Assembly (NCBI RefSeq): GCF_006345805.1
Contig: NC_043017.1
Coordinates: 25,978,001-26,042,000, forward strand
Origin: Octopus sinensis
Lineage: Eukaryota
Length of the DNA stretch: 64,000 bases
Direction of reading: 5' to 3'
The stretch's first letter is position 1. Every line of letters starts with the position of its first letter. The notes beneath the pieces were generated by a model. That model was not told the DNA's origin. It did not search any database and worked only from the letters and a program-made list of their open reading frames with translations. Positions 1 to 13,659 of this stretch are shown here, in pieces. The translations under genes and the position numbers were made by a program.

Positions 1-377
1 AACCTTAAAAGTTCCACGACAACAGTATTTATTCAGAAGAAGGGCTGATGAGTTAGATAAATGCAACTTCGCAGATCATATCAATAGCGTTAGAGTCGCG
101 AGAAAAGTCCCTTAAGAAACATCACGATAAATCTCACTCGATCCTCTGACACTTCCAGTTATTCACTGTACTGGACCTACATATTTTTTATTCATCTCAA
201 ACGCACCGAGAACCGGATTAGATATTACGTGACATGCTATTTATTACAACAATTAACCGCCGTTTGATACTAGACGATACCCTATACATCTAGTACGTGT
301 ATTCCAAGAACAAATCACCGCTTAATATTATAACACAAGTCTCTGCACTAATAAAATGATTCGATAAGTATTTCTCA

Positions 378-380
378 TAT

Positions 381-411
<31 letters not shown>

Positions 412-433
412 GTATATACATACATATATAAAC

Positions 434-494
<61 letters not shown>

Positions 495-530
495 ATATGC
501 ATACATACATATATATATATGTATATATGT

Positions 531-564
<34 letters not shown>

Positions 565-632
565 CATATATATACATATATATATATACATATATACATA
601 TACATATATATATATGTATATATGTATATATG

Positions 633-666
<34 letters not shown>

Positions 667-755
667 ATCTACATATATATACATAAAATATATCTATCTA
701 TCTATATATATATATATATTATACATATATATACATATAAATATATCTATCTATC

Positions 756-788
<33 letters not shown>
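378..788. repeat. (TA)n-rich microsatellite
   Basis: Directly visible imperfect TA/TACA/TATC tract. Similar tracts recur throughout (e.g. 7740-8120, 16640-16780, 26540-26760, 46410-46920). Confidence 0.95.
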
Positions 789-1077
789 GACATTTCAACT
801 AATATCGTAAACGAGACGGATGCAACACTGCATAACATTAAAAAGAATTACCATTGATTACTTGGGTCGTTCAACAAATTCCTTCAGCTGTTCGCGATAG
901 ATTTACAAATTCTATTGATGTTTTCAAGCACCATATCTAAATATTATTTCTATAAGAAATCTTGTAATTTGCGTAAATTTTATCGGAACTCAGGATTAGG
1001 TTCAACCAGGTCGAATTACACAGAACAAACTCACAAGAATGTCACACGTCATTGATATAAACACCTGCAGACTTACG

Positions 1078-1338
1078 ATCATGAGTTCGGGAGTTCTATC
1101 CCAGTGTCGCCTTGTGAAAATTGATGAAGACAATTTATTTTACGTTGATCTAGTTTCCCTGGCTGGGCAAAATGTGTCATGCCTGTAGAGTTGAAAGGGC
1201 CTGCCTTGTAACATTCTGCGTCACATTGAATATCGCTGAGGACTATGTTGAAGGTAGGTGTGTCTAGGGAGTACTCAGCCACTTGCACGTTACTTTCACG
1301 AACAAGCTGATCGGAACAACGAAACCTTTCGTCGTCGC
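1078..1338 (+). mobile_element. Degraded copy of tRNA-derived SINE family A
   Basis: gtcacattgaatatc...tcagccacttgcacgtt...tcgtcgtcgcgagcgacggagtgc aligns with the 3' half of the copy at 42046-42432. Confidence 0.7.
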
Positions 1339-1356
1339 GAGCGACGGAGTGCCAGT

Positions 1357-1420
<64 letters not shown>

Positions 1421-1965
1421 CAAATTGAGATAGGGGTTGTAAATGCAACCCTCCATGGGATAACATATATCCAATATACTGCTAGTGAAGTACCCAACAA
1501 TGTTAATACATAAATGTTAAGAATTTCGATGCAATTAATTCATTTATTGTATTATATGGGCAAATGTAAAATGTTTTACCACAAATTCATAATACAAAAT
1601 AAGAAAATGGAGAAATACATCTAAATCAATTATCAACTACCAGATAATACTCAATCACATACTTTATTAAACCACCACATAAGACACTATGAGGTTAAAC
1701 ATAAAAAAGTAGAACAAAACAGTGTACATAAAGGAGTGTACATAAAAAGAGTAATGTTATACATTAAGTAGAATATATATAAGAGAATATAAATATAAGT
1801 AAATATAAATATAAATATAGACTACTTCTTATGTACACTGTTTTCTTCTACATTTTTATGTTTAACCTCATAGTTTCTTATGTGGTGGTTTAATAAAGTA
1901 TGTGATTGAGTATTATCTGGTAATTGATATTTGAATTCGATGTGTTTCTCCATTTTCTTCTTTTG

Positions 1966-2020
<55 letters not shown>

Positions 2021-2319
2021 CATGAATACATATACACACACACACATATATGTATGGCAATAGACACACACACTCAAGCACGCTCAAAAACAAAAAAATA
2101 CACACACACATATATATACGTGCGATTGGTAAATTGTTGCCATTTTTATATGAGTATGCTAATATGTTAATTTTATATAAGTATGTTAATATTCCAGATT
2201 TCTGTGTAAAATACTTAACTGGGATTCCATTGATGCAATAGATTGAATTTTGCCTTATTTACATTTGAAGGATATTTCTCCTCATCTTGTTTGTTGTTAA
2301 CACATCGTTTCAGCTGATA

Positions 2320-2935
2320 TACTTTCAAGCCTTCATCAGATGTCTTGGGGAAATTGTTGTGAAATGTGAACTCCAAACTGCTGGAACATCAAGCAGTTGG
2401 GACAGTTCCACACAAGATCAATGCGCACAGGCATGGGCATCCATTGTGAGAACGGAGTCTACTATCATGAAGTCCTAGTCAGAGCAGAGTCCATGAACAT
2501 TGAGGCACCTCTGCTAAAAGCTCAGTTACGTTGGACCCGACATGTCATCAGAATGAATGGCCGTCTCATTCCCCGACAGCTGATGTACGATGAGGTGAAG
2601 GAAGGCTCAAAGTAATAAGGAAGACGCAAGTTAAGGTCTAAGAAACACCCTAAATGAGAACCTGATGTAGTGTGGCATCCAGCCTCGCAAACTCGAGATT
2701 AATACGACAAACAGGGCTACCTGGAGGTCAATCACCTACACTGTTGTAGCTGCAACAGACGGCAACGCCTCGCAGCTGCAAGAGAGTGGGGTGACTGGGT
2801 CGCATTATCCTCAGTCCTTATCACAGACTACCAGTGTCCAACCTACGGGCGCCTGTGTGCTTTCGGCTTTGCACTTCATAGCCGCATGAGTTCCAACCGC
2901 TAGCTGATGAGACCAAAACTCCGTCTTCATAGGAG
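2320..2935 (+). mobile_element. RTE-clade LINE, 3' fragment (post-RT/C-terminal), degenerate
   Basis: Translates to KAQLRWTRHVIRMNGRLIPRQLMYDEV...YQCPTYGRLCAFGFALHSRM, matching the RTE QLRWxGHxxRM..RIPKQLLYGEL and terminal CxxCGR..H motifs; contains stops and frameshifts. Confidence 0.8.
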
Positions 2936-3908
2936 GTCCATGGACAACACAAAAGAAGAAAATGGTTCATTTAGTTTAGACGCGAACTGCGCAGTTAAAA
3001 GCTCCAATGCTTCTTGTCGACTCCCACCTTTTGATTCTGTCTCCCGGGGTCATCCAAAGGTATGGATATCCACATGGATATTTTTTCAGCTTAGGATGAA
3101 TATAGAAATAACAATAATAACTTGCGGATATAAATTCACAAGCTTTATTAATGCATCACAGAATGTGCTTCTCCAACTCATCCCATCTTTATAATACAAA
3201 TATTTACCACACACACATACACACACAGACACGCACACACATATATATATATGAACAGAAAAGCAAATAGTGAGAGAGAGACAAAGAGAGAGTAATAGAT
3301 AGAGAGAGGGAAACAGGGATAGAGAGAGAGAGTAAGGATGTTAGAAAAAATATACATGGAGGAAAAGAGAGAAAGAGATATGTATGTATGTATATATACA
3401 TGTATGTATCTATATTTATGTCTATCTACACACACACACATACAGACAAACACACATATATATACATAGATATGTACGCATAGAGTGAGAGAGAAAGAGA
3501 GAGAGAGAGAGGAGGAGAGAGAGAGTATGAAAGGGAAGAATTAATGACAGAAATCGTTGTTTTCGATTCGCAAGCAAAAACTTGAAACATTCAGAGAAGC
3601 CGTCACGGAGCAGTGATTTCCAAGATTCATGTAGATGTAGAAATGTTTGTCATGAAATATCGTTTATTATTTTCTATTTTACGCATAAATCTAAATATTT
3701 ATGAGTTTATCCACGAAATTTGACAGTGGGAGATTAAGAGAAAAGACAAAAAGACAATACTTGTAATAGAATCCGGTTTGAAACAAGTCCACATCGAAAT
3801 TTCTTTTCGCATCAAACTGACATAATATTGTGACATGTTATTCGCGGTTTAGTTGTTTGGTGACCGATACATGTGAGTGTACGAATGTGTATGTGTATAT
3901 GTGTGTGC

Positions 3909-3954
<46 letters not shown>

Positions 3955-3963
3955 CTATGTATA

Positions 3964-4016
<53 letters not shown>

Positions 4017-4287
4017 GATATGTTCATATACATATATAAATGTATAATTGTCTATGTATATACATCTGACGATCTATTTATCTATGTCTATTTATCTATC
4101 TATCTATCTATCCATTTAGATATATTTATATGTATAAGCATATAAAAGTATGTATACGTAGATATTCACATATTTATATATACCTCTCTATATATATTTA
4201 TATATATATGCATGCGTGTGTTTGTGCACCTCTGTGTGTCTGTGTTTCTGTGTGTGTGTGTGTTTGTGTGTGTGTCTGTTTATGTGT

Positions 4288-4326
<39 letters not shown>

Positions 4327-5086
4327 TGTGTGTGTATTCCCCCCTGTGTAAAATACGTCTCATAAGTTCAGTCTCAACCAAGCTGGAAGATTTGACAAGT
4401 ATGAAACATGTACACGTATGACACTTTCAAATCATTCTCGTTTCTAAATTCACATATACTTACTTTTCAATTCCTATCCCTCGGCCCCTCGTCCCTCATT
4501 CTCTCCTTTTCTTTATGTCCCCATCTTCCAAAACCTTTATTCATCCTCATATCTATTCCTCTCTCTCTCTATCATCAATATTGATATCTACGGTACGACT
4601 GAAACCTTCTCCTTTTTCTGTCATTCTGTGAACGTAGTTACCTTACACATTAAATATTTAATTATCATACTCTCATACTCGCACATCACGTTCTTGCTAA
4701 ACTAACCATCATCTCCACACACTCCACCTATATATATTAGAATAGCGTGATTCCGATTTCGTTTAAATGTGTTGTTTCTCATTGCGTGTCTGAATATATG
4801 TTACACAAATGTGATGGAAAATCGCTGAATAAGCGTTCACTTAATGATATTATATATCAGTATTAAATGGTGAGATGCTAGAACAAACCCATTTTCCTGT
4901 CACGCAGTTTCGATATATTCATACAATATGTTCCCTGTTTCTCTTATTAGTATCTTCATTTCCGAAATATCCTTTACCACGTAAGAAATACTTGAGATAA
5001 TTATACGTGCATGTTTATAGAATCTTCAAATCAAAATTTCCAGTGCAATCAAATTCATTTCTCTCTCTCACACACACACACACGTG

Positions 5087-5138
<52 letters not shown>

Positions 5139-5214
5139 CAGTTGTATATATGTGTATGTACACATGTATATATGTATTCACGCATACATGCATATACATA
5201 TTTAGATATATATG

Positions 5215-5247
<33 letters not shown>

Positions 5248-5689
5248 TATACACACACGCATACACACACACATACACACACACACATATATATATATAT
5301 ATCTGTGTGTGTGTACATACATATACATGTATCTTAAACTTTAAATTGTGCGACAAATATCAATTATTTAGAACTCCAGGCGAATCGACGTTCGTGTTAA
5401 GGTGTTTGTATAATGTAGTATGAATCTTGGCTTGTGTTTTACAGATTAGATAAACGAAACAGGGCAAAGCTTGAAAGCCAGTTAATAAGATATTCAGTAA
5501 CAACATCGTACGGACGGTTCCTTAACGAAAATGTCTTATTTCTTACATAATATAAATTACATAAGTCATATTGTCAAATCATCAGAGACGTGTATCATTT
5601 CTAAGCAACATGACTGGATTGTAGAAAATACTTATTTCGGTTAACTACACTGCATTCCGATAATGTTATGTATGTTCGATTCACTCTCC

Positions 5690-5995
5690 GGATATTTGAT
5701 CGATTTCGAGTGTACTTTGTGAAAGTTCAGATTGGGGAGATTTGGGGTTCTTCCTTTGGGCTGTATGTCTTTGGTTACTGTTAATTCAAAGAGAGACAGC
5801 TCTATTATGCTGTGATCCGAAATTGAGGTCGGCGTTACTTTCACATTATGAACGATGTCCATACTGTTTGTGAAGCAGACATACACTATGTTATTTGCTC
5901 TAGTTGTTCAGAGCACAATTTGCTCCATGAACAGGGCATCTATGAGGGGGAGCAGGGATGCCACCTGTACTTGTTTGCAATGAGTCATTGCTGAG
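5690..5995 (-). mobile_element. LINE apurinic-endonuclease (APE) domain fragment, CR1/L2/Jockey-like
   Basis: Minus strand reads ALFMEQIVL*TTRANNIVYVCFTNSMDIVHNVKVTPTSISDHSIIEL, i.e. the PTR..LDL.FT...SDH C-terminal APE motifs. Confidence 0.7.
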
Positions 5996-6007
5996 AACAT
6001 GAGGCCG

Positions 6008-6265
6008 TCAGACGAAATACGGCTACGCATTTCGTCCGGCGTGCAAACGTTTCTGCCAGCTCGCCGCCTTAAGGGATAGATATCTGCCTTCGACTTCCGT
6101 TCTTGACTCTTACTGAATTTCTCGACCTCAGTATAGGATGAGAGACGAAATCGACCTTTGCTGTTTTCAAGCTCAGAATGTAAATAAGACCGGAATGAGG
6201 CTCAGAATGTAAATAAGACCGGAATGAGGCTCAGCATTTTGCCCGGCGAACTAATTCTGCAAGTA
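6008..6265 (-). mobile_element. SINE family C fragments (head ggcggcgagctggcaga), with a ~28-bp internal tandem duplication
   Basis: Reverse complement of 6008-6070 matches the head of the copy at 29243; gctcagaatgtaaataagaccggaatgag occurs twice. Confidence 0.65.
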
Positions 6266-6283
6266 CCCAGTTTTAAGTTAACA

Positions 6284-6674
6284 TATTTATATATAAAAGA
6301 GAAGTTGTTCTACGATTTAGATTCCTAACTACTCCCACATTTTGCGGTGCAGTTTAACCAAAAGTGGGTATCTTATAGTCGTGATTCATATCGAGCCCTT
6401 CTGGGTATTAGCGCGCGTCTACGATGAGTCTACGATTTAAAAAATAATTTACCATAATTTTTTTCCATTTTAATGCATTTTTCGCTATTATATAAGGGAA
6501 GTAACTCTCTAAAAATGTCTACGATGAGTCAAGGATTTAAAAAAAAAATTTACCATCATTTTTTTTTTTCATTTTTAATGCATTTTTTTTGCTATATTTT
6601 GGCTATAACTCTCTAAAAATGCTTATGTAGTTATTTCCCTTACAAACCCGAGCAACGCCGGGTGATACTGCTAG
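6284..6674 (+). mobile_element. Non-autonomous Helitron with ~100-bp internal tandem duplication
   Basis: 3' hairpin acccgagcaacgccgggt, then gatactgCTAG|T; 5' tatttatatataaaag; homologous to 43593-43882. Confidence 0.75.
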
Positions 6675-7945
6675 TAAATTATAAAAACAAAATTCACAAT
6701 CTTAGCCTTTCCCTTAATTATATTCAACTCTGTACATCTCACTTTCAGTAGAGCAATATAAATAAAAAGCTACATCAGCAGAGTAATAATATTGCATTAT
6801 TTGAAAATGAAGTAATAAATGCACGAACTCGCAATACCAAGATATTCCGTAGTCAAGGACTCGGCTTTTGTCTGTTTCACGTTACGTATAATCCCACTGA
6901 ACACAACGACGTGAGCGCATATGGGCTGCGTATGAGGAAAACATTTATTTTAAGCAGTGTAAGAACCTACGTTCGCATCTCAGGACCGAAGTTGTCCGCT
7001 GTAGAAAGACTACTAAATAATGGTTAGAACTTTCTATCTAAACCTGTTGCATTCTCATGATGGAATTATTCGTGACAATCACCAAGCCTCGCAAAATGGA
7101 GGAATGGTTAATAAATCTGGTATGCACTCAGACCTCTTTAATAAAAAAATGTCCACCAATGAATCAGCCCAAAGAACCGCAATAATATAGGTACAAACGT
7201 ATCATTAACAATTTCAACATATTTATTCATGATTTCCTATGGTAGCATATTTATATATCATAAATGCGTTGAATATTATACTGGGTACACCGTTCGGAAA
7301 GAGTATAATGCGTTGAAGAAAATATTCTTAAAACGATGTCGTCTCTGAGAAATCGTCTGGAGAATTGCCATAACGAGGATGTTTCCTATAAAAGTAGCAA
7401 AAAAATTGCATATCGGAAATCCAAGGATGAAGAAATTTGTATATAGTTTGAATAAATACAAAACTTTTATCTGTAAGAAACAAACATAGAGAGCCGTGAA
7501 TTGGTGAATATATTAGTATATAATCTTGCATGGCTTCCCCGAAATCATTTCTACATTCTGTGTAGTACTGAGGAAGATTGAATCTTCGTTTTTTTTCTCC
7601 TTTGTGATAAAGGATTGTGTAGCCGAAATATTGGAATAAAACGTCAGGATTAAAACCTCTGAAACATTTATCGATTTTTGTTTTCTCATTTTTATGTTGT
7701 ACTTGCGTTATCGAGGCTTCGTAATACGAACGTAATTACATTTAATCGCTTCGCGTACCCTCCATTACTCTAATGTATGCGCGTATATATAGGCATATAT
7801 CTACAAATATATATGTACATATATATATGTATATAAATATACATATATATATATATATACATACATAAATAAATAAATATATATATATATGTCTATAAGT
7901 ATACACACACATATATATATATACATATATATACATAAATATATA

Positions 7946-7983
<38 letters not shown>

Positions 7984-8042
7984 TATATAATATATATATA
8001 TGTATATATACATATATATATTATATATACATATATACATAT

Positions 8043-8103
<61 letters not shown>

Positions 8104-8439
8104 AACACGTATGTATATATGAACGTATGTGGTAGTGAATAAACATCTGCATGTGTGTAGAAGTATACATCCGTTATTTTACAGTAACGGACGTATACAT
8201 TCACACTTTGTTGTCCTTTTATTCATAAGGACTGCCTAAAGCAACATATAACAATTGAATATTTCCCTTTTTCATAGAAAATTTTATTTTCGTGTTTAGA
8301 AATTATGAGGCATTTTAGAATTATTGCATATTTTCATTCTGTGTTTTTTTTTTGTCATACTGCGATTTATAGGTATATATTTTTTCAAATAATTTTCGAT
8401 TTAAGCCTCTTAGCATTTTATTTACTCATTAGAATATTT

Positions 8440-8568
8440 TCCTTCTTCTTCTTCTTCTTCTTCTTCTCTTCTTCTTTTTCTTCCTCTTCTTCTTCTTCTT
8501 CTTCTTCTGCTTCTTCCCCTTCATTTTCTTCTTCTTCTTCTTCTTCTTCTTCCCACTCCTCCTCCTCT

Positions 8569-8636
<68 letters not shown>

Positions 8637-8665
8637 CACCACCACCACCATCACCATCATTATTA
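8440..8665. repeat. Compound trinucleotide microsatellite (TTC)n-(CTA)n-(CAC)n-(ATT)n
   Basis: Directly visible. Confidence 0.95.
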
Positions 8666-8668
8666 TTA

Positions 8669-9075
8669 AGGTGACGAGTTGGCAGACATGTTACCATTTT
8701 CTCTGGCTCTGCGTTCTAATTTCAGATTCTGCTGGAATCGACTTTGCCTTTGATCCTTTCGGGGTCACTTAAATAAGTACCAGCTACGCATTGTGGTCGA
8801 TGTAATCGACTTAATCCGTTTGTCTGTCCTTGTTTGTCTTCTCTGTGTTTAGCCCCGTGTTGATAATAAAATAGTAATAATCATTTTATTATTGGGTAGA
8901 CGAAAGCTTTTGATTGCCAGAATTGTTAGCGCGTCGGGCAAAATTCCTAGCAATATTTTCCAACCCTTGAAATTCTATGTTAATCTTCCCACTGAGTTAG
9001 CCTTTATTTTTCATCGTTTCGGGGGTCATTAAAATAAGTATCTGTCAATCACTTTTGTAGATATAATCGACTGGC
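8669..9075 (+). mobile_element. Two SINE family C copies (second more degraded)
   Basis: gtcgactttgcctttcatcctttcgggg-type core, taaataagtaccag, and tail gtttgtctgtccttgtttgtc shared with 29243-29660. Confidence 0.7.
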
Positions 9076-9972
9076 ATCTTAGCCGAAAATTTCAGGAAAA
9101 TTTCAAGCGCTTCCATGAAAAATGTTCTTGTTACGTAAATCCCCAAATATTCCCTCGAGACTTTCTACAAAAAGGGTTAGAATACTTTTGTCATAGTTTA
9201 GGGGTGTTACTTGAAAACGACTGTTAACATTTTTTTTATAATTCATTTACGACATTTGAAGATAACGTTGAAGTGCTTGTTCTGAGTATCAGAATTTTCT
9301 TGGGTTCAAATTTATTTAATTACGCAGTGTGGTTGTTTTGGAGGTTTCCTTCTTTCAAATTTTCATGCAGGAAATTTAAATTGCATTTACCATTTTTCTT
9401 CGAACAGAATAACGACGGTTCTATTTGATTTGTTTTTAATTATTTGTTGTATGTGGACTTCATCTTTCTGGATTTCAATTCATTGGAATCTTTTATTTTC
9501 TGCTTTTGTTTCTATTGTTTCGGATTGGCAGAGTGAAAGAGATGATGTTCAAGGAAAATAGCGGTTAGAATAATAAGGTTCAGAAAGGAATTTAGCCCTT
9601 TAAAGGATTCCCAGAAAAGAGCATCGCGATAAAAAAGTCAAGTAAAGCCACATATCTAGTGAAAAGCAAGAGCAACACGTTTGGCAGAAGCAATAATAAA
9701 ACTAAATGTAATAAGATAGAGAACAACGGGAGCATAATCCTCAGCAAAATTAAGGAATACAACAATAATGGCATTGAGAAAATCTAAGGAAAAGAAACTG
9801 CGTTAAAATTCTCAAGTGTTGGCAGAAGTAATACAACGACAGAAATTAAATGATGAAGATACGACGGCGTTAATTGGAATAACTACAGAAACACCAGCGA
9901 GAACATTCACAGAGCAGCAGCAAGAATAACAATAACAACAACATCAACTGTGGCTACAATAGAATAGCAGCT

Positions 9973-10330
9973 GTGGAGGCGCAATGGCCCAGTGGTTAGG
10001 GCAGCGGACTCGCGGTCGTAGGAACGTGGTTTCGGTTCTCAGACCGAGCATTATGAGTGTTCATTGAGCGAAACACCTAAGCTCCACGAGACTCCGGCAC
10101 TTGGTGGTTCTGAAACCCCTCTGTACTCTTTCACCACAACTTTTTCTCGCTCTTTCTTCCTACTTCTGCGACGAAGCAGAGGAACCAAGGTGTAACCCAC
10201 TATGGTGTGGTAAACTTCATGGACCCTAGTCTAGATTGTGAATCCTCTGTACCCCAGGATGGTTCAGCTCACCACTCGCTAAAAATTTCCTTCTCTCGGC
10301 TAGGTCCAAGAAGCGAATTCTTCTAAGTTT
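9973..10330 (+). mobile_element. SINE family A head and body with a different 3' tail
   Basis: 9973-10168 matches 42046 onward (gtggaggcgcaatggcccagtggttagggcagcggactcgcgg); sequence after 10168 does not match the other family A copies. Confidence 0.75.
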
Positions 10331-10412
10331 TATATAAAGTATATTCCGGGAATCGTTCCAGCTGACTGCACTCTGATTTCAAGTTGGGCCAAATTTGACT
10401 TGTCCCCTATCG

Positions 10413-10489
<77 letters not shown>

Positions 10490-10629
10490 TATACATACAC
10501 ACATATATATGGTAGACGTCGCTCGAAATGGAGTGGGAGAATTGATATATATATATATTTTTCCTTGCTTATCATTTCTCCACGTGCGGTCAACACAACC
10601 CCACCATTTATTGATCTATATATATATAT

Positions 10630-10664
<35 letters not shown>

Positions 10665-11537
10665 ATCTATATCTATCATATATATATGTGTATATAGTCG
10701 ATCGAAATAGACGGGGTGGATTGATGGAGCATTAGTTGAGATGACATATAAAACTTGTTTGTATGAGTTCAAATCTCAACCCTCAGTCTCATGTGAAAAA
10801 TAACGGTGACAATTCTGTTTAGGGAAGCATCTGTGAGTTGTTATCAACAATTACAAATTAATACAAATGCTAAGTTTTTTTGTTTTGATCAAAAGATTGA
10901 CTCCAAATGTATGATATAAGGAAATTGAAGGTCAAATGATGGTTAATTGACTCTATCTTAAAACACGGTCTTAATCCCATGCATTAGTACCTGTCGATAT
11001 ATTTCAGAGAAAGCAACCAGAAGATCTTACGCTTGATAACTTACAAGATTGTTTGAAGTTAGGAATTTAAAAATTTGAAATTGCTCCAATTATGCTGAAC
11101 ATAGTTACAAACTATCTCTGCTGTGTATGATCAATACTGCTGGTGTTGTTTGCTAGAGGCTTACTCACTCCTCTCTATTTTTTTTGTATCGTTTCTGTTT
11201 TTCGCTAATCAGAGTTGTCTAATCTCGTTCCTTCACATACCCGGTAACTCTGTTCCACTTGTATCTCTCCGCCTTTCGCGCCCTTGGGTTGTTTGAGTTC
11301 ATGTTTTATCCATCATTCTTGGAACGTAATACACGGAACCTCCTACCGACCTCTGCCATTCTGTTACACGTTTTTAGCGAAACGGAACATTCTGTGTAAA
11401 AACGGAATTTTAAATGCAAAACCTATCTGCTCTAAATATGTTTAAAAGAGAAATGAAAGTGAAATATTTATTTCCATGGCTAAATCACCATATGCTAACC
11501 CTGCAGTTGTAGTTTGGTAGTAATAACTAGAAAACAC

Positions 11538-11759
11538 ACTCTTTACTCTTGTAATTGTTTCAGTCATTTCTCTGTGGCCATGGTGGGGCACCGCCTTTAG
11601 TCGAGCAAATCGACCCCGGGGCTTATTCTTTGTAAGCCTAGTACTTATTCAGTCGATGTCTTTTGCCGAACCGCTAAGTTACGGGGACATAGACACACCA
11701 GCATTGGTTGTCAAGCGATGTTGGGGGGACAAACACAGGCACAAAAACATACACAGACA

Positions 11760-11791
<32 letters not shown>

Positions 11792-11868
11792 CTCCTTACT
11801 CTTTACTCTGGAAGAAGCACGTTGCATATATGTATATGTATATATATATGTGTATATATATATATAAT

Positions 11869-11902
<34 letters not shown>

Positions 11903-12087
11903 ATATATATATATATTTATACACAACGTGCGTCGTTCAGTTTCCGTCTATCTGATCCACTCACAACGCTTTAGTCGTCCCGTGGCTATAGTAGAAGGCA
12001 CTTACCTAAGATGCCACGCAGTGGGACTGAAGCCGGAACCATGTGGTTCGTAAGGAAGCTACTTACCCAACAGCCACTCCAGCGCCC
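11538..12087 (-). mobile_element. SINE family B (tRNA head + CORE-like segment + internal microsatellite + gagtaaaa tail)
   Basis: Homologous to 48354-48775. The family segment catcttgggcaagtgtcttc resembles the CORE-SINE domain (inference); probably related to the octopus OR-type SINEs. Confidence 0.8.
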
Positions 12088-12089
12088 AG

Positions 12090-13200
12090 TTAATTTTCCC
12101 ATATAAATCCAGGATTTCTCATTTGTCCAGGATTTGTACAAAATACGACGAAAAGTACGCTCGTGGCAAGTAGTTTTTTTACTAGCTGCCATTCGTTGTT
12201 TGTTTTTCTTTGCAATATTGCTAGTATCGTCTGCTCCTTCATACAAACGAAGTATATTTTTGTATATCTTCCTTGAACTTCCCAGATGTTTGCTAAAATT
12301 CCAAATTTCTGGAGAAAACATTTAATGTAGACATCCAACAATTCTCGTATTCAATTGTTTTTTTCTTTATTTGCGGTCTTTCGGTAAACTTTCAGTTTCT
12401 TAGACTTTCCCACGATTGTTTAAATACTGTATTAATACTTCATCTGTGATTTGAACTGTCTCATTAATGGCGAACTTTCCCCTGCTTCTACTTCTACACT
12501 TTCCAACAAAATTCCTTTATTTCTTATGCCATTGGTGCGCCATTGATTTCTATTTAATTTTTCATCTCGATGTTGATAAAATCTTCTTCCTTTGGAGTTG
12601 AAGTGTTGGTTTTGTTCAAAGGAGCGTTGTCGCCTTTCATAGTGACACATTGTTTACGATTAAGAGGGGAATCTCTTGTTTCATCCGTCCTTTGCCTTCA
12701 GATATATTTTCTATCATGTGTCTGTAGTGTTTGTCTCTTAATTTTTTTCGGTTGTGTCGCGCCGGTATTGATCTCATTATGGATTTACTGATATTTGCTC
12801 TTCTATTCTCTCTTTTCCCTCAATGTTTGATGTCCAGTGTGTTTGCTTAGTTTATGATATTTTCTGAATCGTCTGATCAGAGGAAGTAACTATATTCCTA
12901 TGTAACTAGAGTGGAGGTTTCGTGTAGTATTTCCTTTAATCTATTGTTATAGATGTTACTATCTCCATTCACTTGTGTTTGTGATGTCCAAGCCGCGTTC
13001 ATTTTGTTGCTGTTTTATCGTTCAGATTATTACTTTCGAGGTAGCTTGGTACGGCGATATTAATTTCCATTATTGTTTTAATTCTTTACTCGTTTAGACT
13101 ATCAAGTGCAGAATTTCCGCTTTCACGATTTTCGCGTTCTTAAATCGTTCCCATTATATAAAACCGGTGTTGTTCTCATTCCAGTGTGCTGGCCAATATT
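12090..13200 (-). mobile_element. Possible highly decayed N-terminal region of an R4/Dong-type LINE
   Basis: A-rich minus strand with short motifs such as LTERPQIKK and ILRLYEGA across frames; lies next to a TTA tract and other R4/Dong pieces. Weak. Confidence 0.3.
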
Positions 13201-13237
13201 TAGTACGGCTAATAGGACTTGGTCGTATCATTATTAA

Positions 13238-13301
<64 letters not shown>

Positions 13302-13484
13302 GTGAGCTTAGCTGTGTATTTACTTCGTATTTAACGTCGTACTAACGATGTAAAGCTAGCAACCATTGGCGCAGTCTCACCCGTCTTCACCTTTAAATGG
13401 CGGTGCCCCAGCAAATGGCGGTGCCCCAGCATAGCCACAGCTTGTGAGCTGAAACTAAATAAAATGAAATAAAATTGTTATTAC

Positions 13485-13548
<64 letters not shown>

Positions 13549-13659
13549 TATCATTATTATTATTATTATCATCATCATCATCATCATTATTATTATTATT
13601 ATTATTATTATTGTTCTTGTTGCTATTGTTCTTCTTCTTCTTATTATTATTCTTATTAT

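Noticed and set aside
855-945. Possible CR1/L2 C-terminus (QIPSAVRD..SIDVFKHHI)
   Set aside because: Too short and too weak to call without a search.
2300-2345. CUGAUGA-AGGCUU-GAAA on the minus strand, plus other CUGANGA hits (46, 2905, 7568, 49519, 63930)
   Set aside because: Stems I and III do not form, or GAAA is missing; several lie inside LINE/PLE coding remnants.
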